Source of the DNA: a virus
Lineage: Duplodnaviria; Caudoviricetes
DNA: 51,151 nt
Direction: 5' to 3' (one strand)
IMG/VR virus record: IMGVR_UViG_3300046170_000002
Location: 1 to 51,151 of that record
Numbering within the stretch: the first letter of the stretch is position 1; each line of letters begins with the position of its first letter. The position numbers were made by a program, and so were the translations under genes. This document shows positions 10,585-18,511 of this stretch, piece after piece. A model generated the notes under the pieces. That model saw only the letters and a list, made by a program, of their open reading frames with translations. It had not been told where the DNA came from and searched no databases.

Positions 10585-11244
10585 TTAGCTTTGGATGTAG
10601 CTTTTAGAACCACCAATAGTACGCTTTGTTAATTCATCTTGAACAGTAGGGTCATCCTGAACTATTCCTGATTGACTTAACATAGGTTTTATTTTAGTTT
10701 CTTCTTCTGGCATTCCACCTTCTGCTAAACCTTGTCTTTCATCTGCAGCAGCTTCAGCATCTTTCATCATAGACATTAAAGCGTCTTCTCCGATTTCTTC
10801 TACAGCTTTTGCAGTAAAGACAAATTCTCCATCAGATAACCTAGCAGGTATACTGTCAGAGACTCCTGAACCCGGACCATTAACAGGACCAGACCCAGTA
10901 AATTCTTGAGCAACATCTATTATCTTATCAAATAACATAGATAATTCCTCGTCTTGTTCTAGTTTGGAAGTTAGCATATCTTCTTCTTCTTCGCTTAATG
11001 CTTCTTCCATTATAAATCTTGTGTAGTTATCTTCCATGTCATCATCTGATTCCATTTCAGATTTCATTGGTGGTGTCATAACCATTAACATTTGGTCATC
11101 CATTGACCCACCTTCAGCTTTTTTCTTTCTGTACATACCACCCATATACTTAGGCTCTCTGTCTTCTGCAGCTTTTTTCATTGGTTCAGTTTTATTACCG
11201 TCTTTATCTAAATCTAAATAATCTGGTTTTTCTAACATTGACAT
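10585..11244 (-). CDS. Head-region protein with GPGSGVSDSIPARLSDGEFV domain
   Basis: Motif recurs in phage virion and tape-measure proteins; acidic; located between portal and scaffold. Confidence 0.6.
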   Translation of the reverse strand: MSMLEKPDYLDLDKDGNKTEPMKKAAEDREPKYMGGMYRKKKAEGGSMDDQMLMVMTPPMKSEMESDDDMEDNYTRFIMEEALSEEEEDMLTSKLEQDEELSMLFDKIIDVAQEFTGSGPVNGPGSGVSDSIPARLSDGEFVFTAKAVEEIGEDALMSMMKDAEAAADERQGLAEGGMPEEETKIKPMLSQSGIVQDDPTVQDELTKRTIGGSKSYIQS

Positions 11245-11477
11245 TATATTTCCTCTTTTCTATTAATTGCTTCTTTAACCTGTAGGTCCAACTGCCCTAG
11301 GCGTTCCAGAGAATTCAGCTTCCCCTGCAACCGGTACATTTCCAATTCCGATGTTGCCACCACCAGTGCCTGTAACTCCAAGTTCTTGAGGTTGTTCAGG
11401 TGTTCCTTGAACGCCTCCCATAGGTCTTTGTTCCCCGTCAGGAGATTGAGCCTGTTCGCTATTCGTTTGTCCAGCAT
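11244..11477 (-). CDS. Small helical protein overlapping the portal C-terminus
   Basis: 77 aa with EMYRLQGK motif typical of the small gene that follows podovirus portals; stop overlaps the next ATG. Confidence 0.6.
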   Translation of the reverse strand: MLDKRIANRLNLLTGNKDLWEAFKEHLNNLKNLELQALVVATSELEMYRLQGKLNSLERLGQLDLQVKEAINRKEEI

Positions 11478-13488
11478 TTTGCATTCCTATTATTTGTGCC
11501 ATCATAGCTGCTTCTTCAGGGTCGTTGAGTATTTCATCAGGGTCTAAGTCTAAGCTATAAGCAAGTTCACTAACGAGTTTAGAAATCTTAACAAAAGGAG
11601 CAACAGCAGGATTTTGAGCAGTTTGTAAAAACATAGTAAGTCTTTGACTTCTAACTTCTTTTTGCATCAAGCTATTAGTACCTGTAGCTTTAACTTCTAA
11701 ATCACCTTTTACATCCAACTCGTCCTCTAGAAATTGCATGTTCCACTGGAAATAAGCTTCTCCAAGTGGCTTCAATAAAAAGTCATCAAGATTTTTGATA
11801 ACTGTTTTAATATTTAAACTTGAAGCACCTAGTAACATTGACATGCCAGAAGCAGTCCTTGTCATACTCTGTACTCCTGTTTGTCCGTGTGAATAACTAG
11901 GTATACCTGTTTGTTCATCTGCAAGTTGTCTAAACTTGTCAAACATCATTAAGTTTTCTTGTGATGTATTAGGAAACTTTAAACCGTGTATAGCTTGTCC
12001 GGGCATTCCAGCTTGTCTTCTAAAAACTTTACCCGGATATATTTCCATTGATTGTCCACCAACTAAAGCAGACTCGTCTACATCAAACACTAGAGAACCA
12101 GACATTGCTAAGTTATCTATAGCCATTCTTGCATGACCGTTCATAATCTGTTGTGAATCATCCATGTTTTCTGCTACACCAATACCAAAAAAGTTGTATG
12201 GGTTTCTTTCGTATGGGAAAGCATGATAAGGTATTCTATAAGGTGTAAATGGATTTAGTACTGCTCTTAATAAATAAGTACCACATGTCCATATATTTAC
12301 CTGTACTTCATCTAAGTCATCAACGCTGTCGGGTAAGTCAATTCCTACTTCTCTTGCATACTCTGCATCCATTATTCCCCAGTACTCTAAGACTTCGTAG
12401 TTAGTACCTACTTCTTCATCATATCTTGAGTCATCTTTTAACTGGCTTTCAAAATCTTTTTCTACGTAATTAGCACCCATTTGAATAGCATTACGTATTG
12501 CATCTTCGTCAAAGTAAGGCATGTTTCTTAACTGTCTTAGTTGACTTCTATTCATTTTGTGTCTATGAATTACATATTCACATTCTTCCATGTTAGTAGC
12601 ATTGGGGTCTGGATAAAAATCCCAACAACTTACAAACTCTATTCTAGGTACTCTAACTTCTAAAGGGTTATAGGTTCTGTTACCTTCTTCATCTGTATCC
12701 CATTTGTGAAGTTTTTTGTTAAAGTTAAATGGTCCTTTTACAATCCCTGTGCCTAGCAAAGCAGATTCTAAAAGAGCATTTCTCATTTCAGCATTACCAT
12801 TAGATTCTTCTATCTGGTCATGGATAAGTTTTTCCATTCTTCTTGCAGCTTTTTGTGCAGGAGATACTTCTAAAACTTGAGGGTCTGGACTAGCTCCGTC
12901 TTTTAATATACCTAAACTTTCTGCTTGGTCTTCAAGACTATCTTCAAAAATACCATTGTAATATGTAGCTCCGGGCTTTAAAGTTTTACCATCACCTTCG
13001 TAACCAACATCATATGGATTTACATTAGTGCCTTCTCTATTACCAATATCATCAGGCATTTCACCTTCAGTTGTTTCTAATCCGGGAATAGGATTACTTG
13101 TATCTAAATGTGCGTAGTCTGTTTCGCCTTCAGGTATTTTAGTTTCTGAAATTCCTATCGGAAATTTACCTGTACCAAAAATAACATCTACAAGTTGTCC
13201 AAAGGCTGCAAGTACTTTAGTCTTAGTAACTTTTACAAATACTCTAGACTTTTCAGATTCTCTAAACTTAATACTTTTAGCGTATAAGCCTCTATAGTTT
13301 TCGTATGCTTTTAACCAACGAGTCTCGTCAGTTTGTCTAGCGTCTTCAGCAATTGCAAATCTATCTTTAATAGTTCCTATAAGATTTCTTTGTTGGTCTT
13401 CTTCAAGAGTAAGCTGTACTCCAGACTCACCTTCAACTTCTTCGTAGATACTATCAGCGTTTAGAAATGTATTTGTATTCTCTGCCAT
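11275..13488 (-). CDS. Portal protein
   Basis: 737 aa after terL; LLGTGIVKG, DFYPDP, FFGIGVAE, TRTASGMSML motifs. Confidence 0.85.
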   Translation of the reverse strand: MAENTNTFLNADSIYEEVEGESGVQLTLEEDQQRNLIGTIKDRFAIAEDARQTDETRWLKAYENYRGLYAKSIKFRESEKSRVFVKVTKTKVLAAFGQLVDVIFGTGKFPIGISETKIPEGETDYAHLDTSNPIPGLETTEGEMPDDIGNREGTNVNPYDVGYEGDGKTLKPGATYYNGIFEDSLEDQAESLGILKDGASPDPQVLEVSPAQKAARRMEKLIHDQIEESNGNAEMRNALLESALLGTGIVKGPFNFNKKLHKWDTDEEGNRTYNPLEVRVPRIEFVSCWDFYPDPNATNMEECEYVIHRHKMNRSQLRQLRNMPYFDEDAIRNAIQMGANYVEKDFESQLKDDSRYDEEVGTNYEVLEYWGIMDAEYAREVGIDLPDSVDDLDEVQVNIWTCGTYLLRAVLNPFTPYRIPYHAFPYERNPYNFFGIGVAENMDDSQQIMNGHARMAIDNLAMSGSLVFDVDESALVGGQSMEIYPGKVFRRQAGMPGQAIHGLKFPNTSQENLMMFDKFRQLADEQTGIPSYSHGQTGVQSMTRTASGMSMLLGASSLNIKTVIKNLDDFLLKPLGEAYFQWNMQFLEDELDVKGDLEVKATGTNSLMQKEVRSQRLTMFLQTAQNPAVAPFVKISKLVSELAYSLDLDPDEILNDPEEAAMMAQIIGMQNAGQTNSEQAQSPDGEQRPMGGVQGTPEQPQELGVTGTGGGNIGIGNVPVAGEAEFSGTPRAVGPTG

Positions 13489-13491
13489 ATA

Positions 13492-15129
13492 TTAATAACC
13501 AAAAGTTGAATCAGAAGGACTAAACATATCTGATTTTATTCTTAACATCCTATCTTGTGGATGGTCCATTCTAGGTCTACTCATTAACAAATACCTTAGT
13601 GCATCATATGCGTGGTCTGCTGCATGAGTATCCACATCTTCAGGATTAGACTTAGAAAGAGGCAAAGCCTGTATTTCTTTTATTAAATTGACACATGTGT
13701 TAAATATTTGCAACCTAGGTCTTCCTGTATTATTATTCTTTCTCAGGTACTCATGTATTTGAGTCTTACCTGCTAATCTATTCTTATCAGCTCGTCTTAG
13801 TTTATGTCCTTTATTAACTAATATTTCACCAATCGTAGGACCTGTATAACCTGTCCTAGACCATGCTGCTGTATCAAGTACCCCAGCTATGGATTTTATC
13901 TCTTCCATTTCCATCTCTGTAATGGTGTCTCCGAGTGCTTCTCCTGTCAGACCTTTTTTGTATAATTCTCTATATATAATAATGGTCTTATCTTCAGGGT
14001 CGATAGCAGCCCAAAGACAGCAACTTTCTGCAGCATAACCGTAGTCTACTGCTTTAACTCTTTCCCACCACCCCGGTAATTCAAAAGGTGGTATGACGTG
14101 TGTTTCTGTCTCAAACTCTGCGAATGCTGCTCCTTCTGAGATATCCCAGTTACCTTCCAACAACTGTTTACGTTGTATGGCTGGTAAGGATTGTAGCATC
14201 CTTTCGTATTCACCGTCTTCAGCAAGGTGAGGATTATCCTGTAACAATGCTGGTATAAACTTTCTACTGAGACCGTCCTTACCTTCAAAACTTGTATTCT
14301 GTTCTGCTGGTTCTACGTATCTCTTTTTAACCCAAGCAGCACCAACACCACCGGGGTTAGCTGTACATCTTAGATAAGTCTTAATGTCTGGATTAGTAGT
14401 TCTCAAACGAGAAGCTAAATAGTTCCATCCAAACTCTGTGGGTAAGTGAGTTATCTCATCAAACCCTATCCAACTGTACGCTTGTCCTTGATAACGATAA
14501 ACATCTGCATCTCGTTCCAAGAACCCAAACTCAATCTTTGCTCCACTTGGGAACTGCCATAACTTTTCTACTTCTTTAAACTTAGCACCTTTAAAGGCTA
14601 TCGGATAAAGCTCTCGAGACTTATCTATAAGTTCTCTTAGTTCTGGCATAGACCTTCTAAGTATCAAAGCTCTATGCTCTGTTATGTGGCAGTATCGCAA
14701 CGGGTCTATTAACATTGCAAAACTTTTACCACCACCTGCTGCACCACCGTAAAGAACATCTTTCTCACCTGCAGCTAGAAAGTCTGTCTGTGGTCCTTCG
14801 TTTGGCATAAAAGCCACATGAGAACCAGTCGTATCTAAATGTTGTTGTATAGCATCAGGAAGCTCTTTTGCTTCTGATTCTGTTATAACATTAGATGTTA
14901 AAACTTTCTCTTCTTTGTCAAGTTCTTTCTTGACTCTAGCTAAACTTCTTGTTAGCTTTTTAACTTTCTTACTTTTCTTGTTAAGTTTATTCTTTGCTTG
15001 TAAAGCTAACTTAATGTCAGAAAGTTCTGAATTTTTTGGTCTACCGGGTCTAAGCCTTGGTGTACCGTCTTTCTTTAGTATATAACTCCCATCTGGGTTT
15101 GTCAAGTACTTTTTAGAATTATCTTCCAT
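13492..15129 (-). CDS. terL: Terminase large subunit
   Basis: Walker A YGGAAGGGKS, Walker B IGFDE, TANPGG, nuclease VDYGY and DHAYDALRY. Confidence 0.95.
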   Translation of the reverse strand: MEDNSKKYLTNPDGSYILKKDGTPRLRPGRPKNSELSDIKLALQAKNKLNKKSKKVKKLTRSLARVKKELDKEEKVLTSNVITESEAKELPDAIQQHLDTTGSHVAFMPNEGPQTDFLAAGEKDVLYGGAAGGGKSFAMLIDPLRYCHITEHRALILRRSMPELRELIDKSRELYPIAFKGAKFKEVEKLWQFPSGAKIEFGFLERDADVYRYQGQAYSWIGFDEITHLPTEFGWNYLASRLRTTNPDIKTYLRCTANPGGVGAAWVKKRYVEPAEQNTSFEGKDGLSRKFIPALLQDNPHLAEDGEYERMLQSLPAIQRKQLLEGNWDISEGAAFAEFETETHVIPPFELPGWWERVKAVDYGYAAESCCLWAAIDPEDKTIIIYRELYKKGLTGEALGDTITEMEMEEIKSIAGVLDTAAWSRTGYTGPTIGEILVNKGHKLRRADKNRLAGKTQIHEYLRKNNNTGRPRLQIFNTCVNLIKEIQALPLSKSNPEDVDTHAADHAYDALRYLLMSRPRMDHPQDRMLRIKSDMFSPSDSTFGY

Positions 15130-15364
15130 ATACCTTGTCTACGTGTTTTTTCAATCCGGGTCTAGACATCTTTCTTCCTGTCTCTGCCTCTAACCAATCT
15201 ACTCCAATACCTAGACTAATTTCTCCGTGAAAGACTGCTTCAGATACTTCTTTTAACACCTTTAGTTCTTCTTCTATAGGTTTAAGAAAAGAATCAGTGT
15301 CTTCATCCATTTCATATCCAAAAGGTATGGTTGATGAAGTTCTTGTTATATAACCATCTTTCAT
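15119..15364 (-). CDS. Small putative DNA-binding protein (TIPFGY motif)
   Basis: 81 aa; PFGY plus helical segment resembling the DNA-binding part of serine recombinases; coupled to terL. Confidence 0.5.
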   Translation of the reverse strand: MKDGYITRTSSTIPFGYEMDEDTDSFLKPIEEELKVLKEVSEAVFHGEISLGIGVDWLEAETGRKMSRPGLKKHVDKVYGR

Positions 15365-15612
15365 TTTACTTTTCTGTAAGCTCTTGTTTTTCTTGCAGTT
15401 TTCTTTGGTTGCTTACTGTGCTGCTTTCCTTTTTTGGTGTCTTCTCGTTTCTTTCTAGTTGTTCTTGCGTATTCTTCTTTAGATAGTGCCTTAATAGCCT
15501 TCTCTGGGAGATACCTTTCCCCAGTCTCTGACGATTTTTTACCACTCTTGGTACGCCATTTTTGCTTTGTCCAAGCTCTAAGACTTCTTTGAGACTTTTT
15601 TAGACTTGACAT
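15361..15612 (-). CDS. Small Lys/Arg-rich protein
   Basis: 83 aa, WTKQKWRTKSGK...ERYLP; very basic. Confidence 0.65.
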   Translation of the reverse strand: MSSLKKSQRSLRAWTKQKWRTKSGKKSSETGERYLPEKAIKALSKEEYARTTRKKREDTKKGKQHSKQPKKTARKTRAYRKVK

Positions 15613-15796
15613 TCTTCTTTGGTTTGGTTGTTAAACATTGTTTAAATATTTTTGCATAACATTTCTTTGCTTTATCCATCATCTTAATCATAAATTCTTT
15701 AATCCTTTTCATTTTATTTATAGCCTCCCCCTTTGGCTTTGTATTGTTTTGCAAGGAGCTGGGCTTTTCTAGCAGACCATTGACCGGCTTTACCAC
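15578..15796 (-). CDS. Small basic protein (start probably at MKRIKEF)
   Basis: Fills the gap between two basic ORFs; start uncertain. Confidence 0.4.
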   Translation of the reverse strand: MVKPVNGLLEKPSSLQNNTKPKGEAINKMKRIKEFMIKMMDKAKKCYAKIFKQCLTTKPKKNVKSKKVSKKS

Positions 15797-15905
15797 CTTT
15801 GGTACCGGCTTTAATGCTGTTGAAAAGCCTCTTACGCATAGTTGGCTTGGTATAATTACCAGCTTTATTTACAGTTGACTTACTCTTTTTCTTTGTTGGC
15901 ATCAT
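15714..15905 (-). CDS. Small Lys/Arg-rich protein
   Basis: GQWSARKAQLLAKQYKAKGGGYK; GGAGG Shine-Dalgarno. Confidence 0.65.
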   Translation of the reverse strand: MMPTKKKSKSTVNKAGNYTKPTMRKRLFNSIKAGTKGGKAGQWSARKAQLLAKQYKAKGGGYK

Positions 15906-16071
15906 TGCCTCCTTTATTAAATATTAAATCCCAGTTATCTCTATACGTTTTAGAGTGTATATTAACTCTAGGTGCAGAACCTTTACCACCGTCTGAAGGT
16001 TTGTAAAGTCTACCCTTATTCTTTTTACTAGACATAAGGACAGGTTTCTCGTTGCTTCCTAGTTGTGGCAT
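15880..16071 (-). CDS. Small basic hypothetical protein
   Basis: 63 aa, GKGSAPR...NWDLIF; tightly packed in the operon. Confidence 0.55.
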   Translation of the reverse strand: MPQLGSNEKPVLMSSKKNKGRLYKPSDGGKGSAPRVNIHSKTYRDNWDLIFNKGGNDANKEKE

Positions 16072-16072
16072 T

Positions 16073-16363
16073 CTACCACTTTACCTTGTCAGCCCAATAA
16101 GCTGCTGACATCTTTCCTTTAGCAATGTTCTTACCGTGTCTTGCTTTAAAAGACTTTCTCTTTGCTTTCATTCTGGCTGATTCACCTGCTTTAGGTTTAC
16201 CAGCAGTCTTGGCACCCTTTTGACCAAACCTAATAGTTTTAATCTTATCACCTTCTTTAGCCACAACAATGTGTGATTTAGTCTTGTGACCCGGAGTTCT
16301 TTTAGGTTTGTTAAACCCTGAAACTCCTGCTCGTTTTAATCTACTATCTCTTTCTTTTGGCAT
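16073..16363 (-). CDS. Small Lys/Arg-rich protein
   Basis: 96 aa, KTIRFGQKG...SFKARH...SAAYWA. Confidence 0.65.
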   Translation of the reverse strand: MPKERDSRLKRAGVSGFNKPKRTPGHKTKSHIVVAKEGDKIKTIRFGQKGAKTAGKPKAGESARMKAKRKSFKARHGKNIAKGKMSAAYWADKVKW

Positions 16364-16551
16364 TAGTGTACCTTCCTTTCTTCTAATTGTATATCGTGTT
16401 GTAATTCTTGTATCTCCCCAAGAACCAACAATCCGTATTGTATTGCTATTCTATTTGCTTCAGCGACTGTATCAGCTTTAATGTATGGACCTATTGCAGC
16501 TCCATCTTCATTAACATGCTCAGTTATCCAAAGCCTAGTCATAGTCTGCAT
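16363..16551 (-). CDS. Hypothetical protein
   Basis: 62-aa ORF coupled to both neighbours. Confidence 0.5.
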   Translation of the reverse strand: MQTMTRLWITEHVNEDGAAIGPYIKADTVAEANRIAIQYGLLVLGEIQELQHDIQLEERKVH

Positions 16552-16963
16552 CCTCTGCTTCTATGATTACCGGTGCTTTATCAGGCATAAGAAAGATACC
16601 ACCACTGTTCATGTTGTGATTAATATCTACTTTATCTACTCTACTAACACCAACTCTATCTAATAACGTCTGTGCAGCAGTAAGTTTATTAGCTGCTTGT
16701 ACTATAGGTTTCTTAGATTCCATTATCTCTACAAGTTTAAAAGCTGCTTTAGGGGCTGAGTTAGCTAGTATCTCTTGAGTGAGTTCTAGTATCTCAGACT
16801 TTAAAGTCTTTACAACATGATGGTAATGGGAAGAATAACCAGCAAGTTCTGCTGCTTTCTTTGCATCACCACTAGTATTGACTAGGTGTTCTAGGAAAGA
16901 CTTCTGCTTATCTGTTAATTCTCTTTTAGTTGTTGTGTTATCTACACTTGGTAATATAGCCAT
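16535..16963 (-). CDS. terS: Terminase small subunit (probably leaderless, start MAILPSV)
   Basis: LTDKQKSFL...AKKAAELAGYS helix-turn-helix and LLDRVG; first gene of the late operon; ATG 7 nt below a -10 box. Confidence 0.7.
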   Translation of the reverse strand: MAILPSVDNTTTKRELTDKQKSFLEHLVNTSGDAKKAAELAGYSSHYHHVVKTLKSEILELTQEILANSAPKAAFKLVEIMESKKPIVQAANKLTAAQTLLDRVGVSRVDKVDINHNMNSGGIFLMPDKAPVIIEAEDADYD

Positions 16964-16969
16964 GCATCT

Positions 16970-16998
16970 AGTATACACATCGATTCTAAACTTGTCAA
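16970..16998 (-). promoter_or_regulatory. Sigma70 promoter for the packaging/head operon
   Basis: TTGACA (16998-16993), 17 nt, TATACT (16975-16970). Confidence 0.85.
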
Positions 16999-17023
16999 GC
17001 TTTAAAGTTTTTTTATGAAAGCC

Positions 17024-17052
17024 TTGACAAAAGTGGAATGCGTTGTTATACT
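17024..17052 (+). promoter_or_regulatory. Divergent sigma70 promoter firing into non-coding DNA
   Basis: TTGACA (17024-17029), 17 nt, TATACT (17047-17052). Confidence 0.8.
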
Positions 17053-17953
17053 AAACGTAGTGTCCCCTCCCGGGTCAACATATACCCACAACACCCTCAT
17101 CAAACAATTGACTGCCTAGTAGACAGGAACTTATTGTGGGCGAAATAAATACCTTTAAAGTCTTTAAAGATTTTAGAGTTTTAGTGTCGGGGCGTTAACT
17201 AGTTCTAGTTAATGACCATTATTCTAGAAAATGTATAACCATGCTATAGATATATAGGGTAGAGGGTATGGTCTCCTGCCTCCCCCTTAATAGATTTGAG
17301 ATTGCCTAAATTGGACATCTTCAAAACTCTATAACTTGTAAGGCTTCGGAGTCTTTGGGCTTTACCAGACTCTGTTCTTTTGGTAGCGTTCTCTTTATCT
17401 CTGTAAACATCTACAGAGCCTTACATTCAGAAGCTTCAGAGGATTCTTGAAGTTCTTAACGCCTTTCATCTTTAGCAAGACTATTGTCAAACAGATTCCA
17501 TGTTGCTCTGAAGTTTCTGCATTCATAGCCTCACATTCTTGTCAAACTTTTCACCTCTGCTTGACACTCTCTCAGTGGGCTTTTGTTCTATCTTTGTCAA
17601 CACTTATTATATCTGCATGGTATTTTCCATTGCAATTATCCTTTAAGAAACTCCAATCGTTAGACTAGAATGTAGTATTCACTCGGTTAAAGTTCACTCC
17701 TCTTCACTATCTGATTCAATACTCTAAAGCTTTAAAGTCAATCCTCCTAAGTCCTTGTTCCATTTTAGCCTGAGAAACTCAACTCTATAGTTTCACTCCT
17801 AATTCTATTAAAATCATAACATCTCCAAATATTTTCTAGTTTACAATGACATAAAGACTTTAAAGTGACAAATGTTTACAGTATTTCCTCGAAGACTCGG
17901 AAATCTATAAAACTTTTGTTCCCAAAACCTCACAAAACTCAAGCATTTGCAAC

Positions 17954-17982
17954 TTGAAAATCTTCATGTTTTTGTGTATTCT
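17954..17982 (+). promoter_or_regulatory. Sigma70-like promoter for the first two early genes
   Basis: TTGAAA, 17 nt, TATTCT; GGAGA Shine-Dalgarno and ATG 18001 follow. Confidence 0.6.
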
Positions 17983-18000
17983 TTAATATATGGAGATAAC

Positions 18001-18183
18001 ATGATTTTAATAGATTACTCAAACAATGAAACTATAGAGTTTCAAACAATTTCTCAGGCTAAAATGTTCACTGCAGACTTACTCGAAGTTGACATTAAAG
18101 CTTTAGGAATCAGATGTGAAGACTCATCTGACTTTAACCTCCTAGAAGACTACATTCTAGGGCTAACTCATTCCATTTCTTAA
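18001..18183 (+). CDS. Early hypothetical protein (60 aa, MILIDYSNNET...)
   Basis: GGAGA Shine-Dalgarno; lies in the right arm of the inverted repeat. Confidence 0.7.
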   Translation: MILIDYSNNETIEFQTISQAKMFTADLLEVDIKALGIRCEDSSDFNLLEDYILGLTHSIS

Positions 18184-18194
18184 AGGAGAATATT

Positions 18195-18467
18195 ATGGAA
18201 AATACATTTGATATAAACGCTTTTGACAAAGATAGAACTTCAAGCCCAGCTTCGTTCAAACAATGTCAAGCTATCGGCTACAAGTTTGCCAAGAAAGGTT
18301 CAGCTATGAACTGGAAACTTCAGAAGCAAATTACAGGCTGTCTGTATAGTCTTGCTAAAGATGAAAGACTAAACTTCAAGAAAGCTCATCAGCTTCTTCA
18401 GGGTAAGTCTCTTCCGAAGGTTTACCTCGATAAAATCGACCACTACCTAAAAGAAAAGGTCAGCTAA
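18195..18467 (+). CDS. Early basic hypothetical protein (90 aa, PASFKQ motif)
   Basis: AAGGAG Shine-Dalgarno; lies in the right arm of the inverted repeat. Confidence 0.75.
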   Translation: MENTFDINAFDKDRTSSPASFKQCQAIGYKFAKKGSAMNWKLQKQITGCLYSLAKDERLNFKKAHQLLQGKSLPKVYLDKIDHYLKEKVS

Positions 18468-18475
18468 AACCTCAA

Positions 18476-18511
18476 AGACTCTCTCGCCTTACAAGTGAGA
18501 GAGTTTCTTTA
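18476..18511 (+). terminator. Intrinsic terminator closing the two-gene cassette
   Basis: ACTCTCTC...GAGAGAGT stem followed by TTCTTT. Confidence 0.65.

Noticed and set aside
17484-17600. Several TTGACA hexamers as extra promoters
   Set aside because: The minus-strand copies have no -10 box at 16-18 nt; they mostly mirror coding sequence of the right arm
17287-17878. Left arm read as an ordinary pseudogene of the two early genes, or as the plus-strand ORF 17447-17668
   Set aside because: The ORF has no Shine-Dalgarno and is a by-product of complementarity; the mismatch pattern is structured (G.A and G.T on one strand), which neutral decay would not be expected to give
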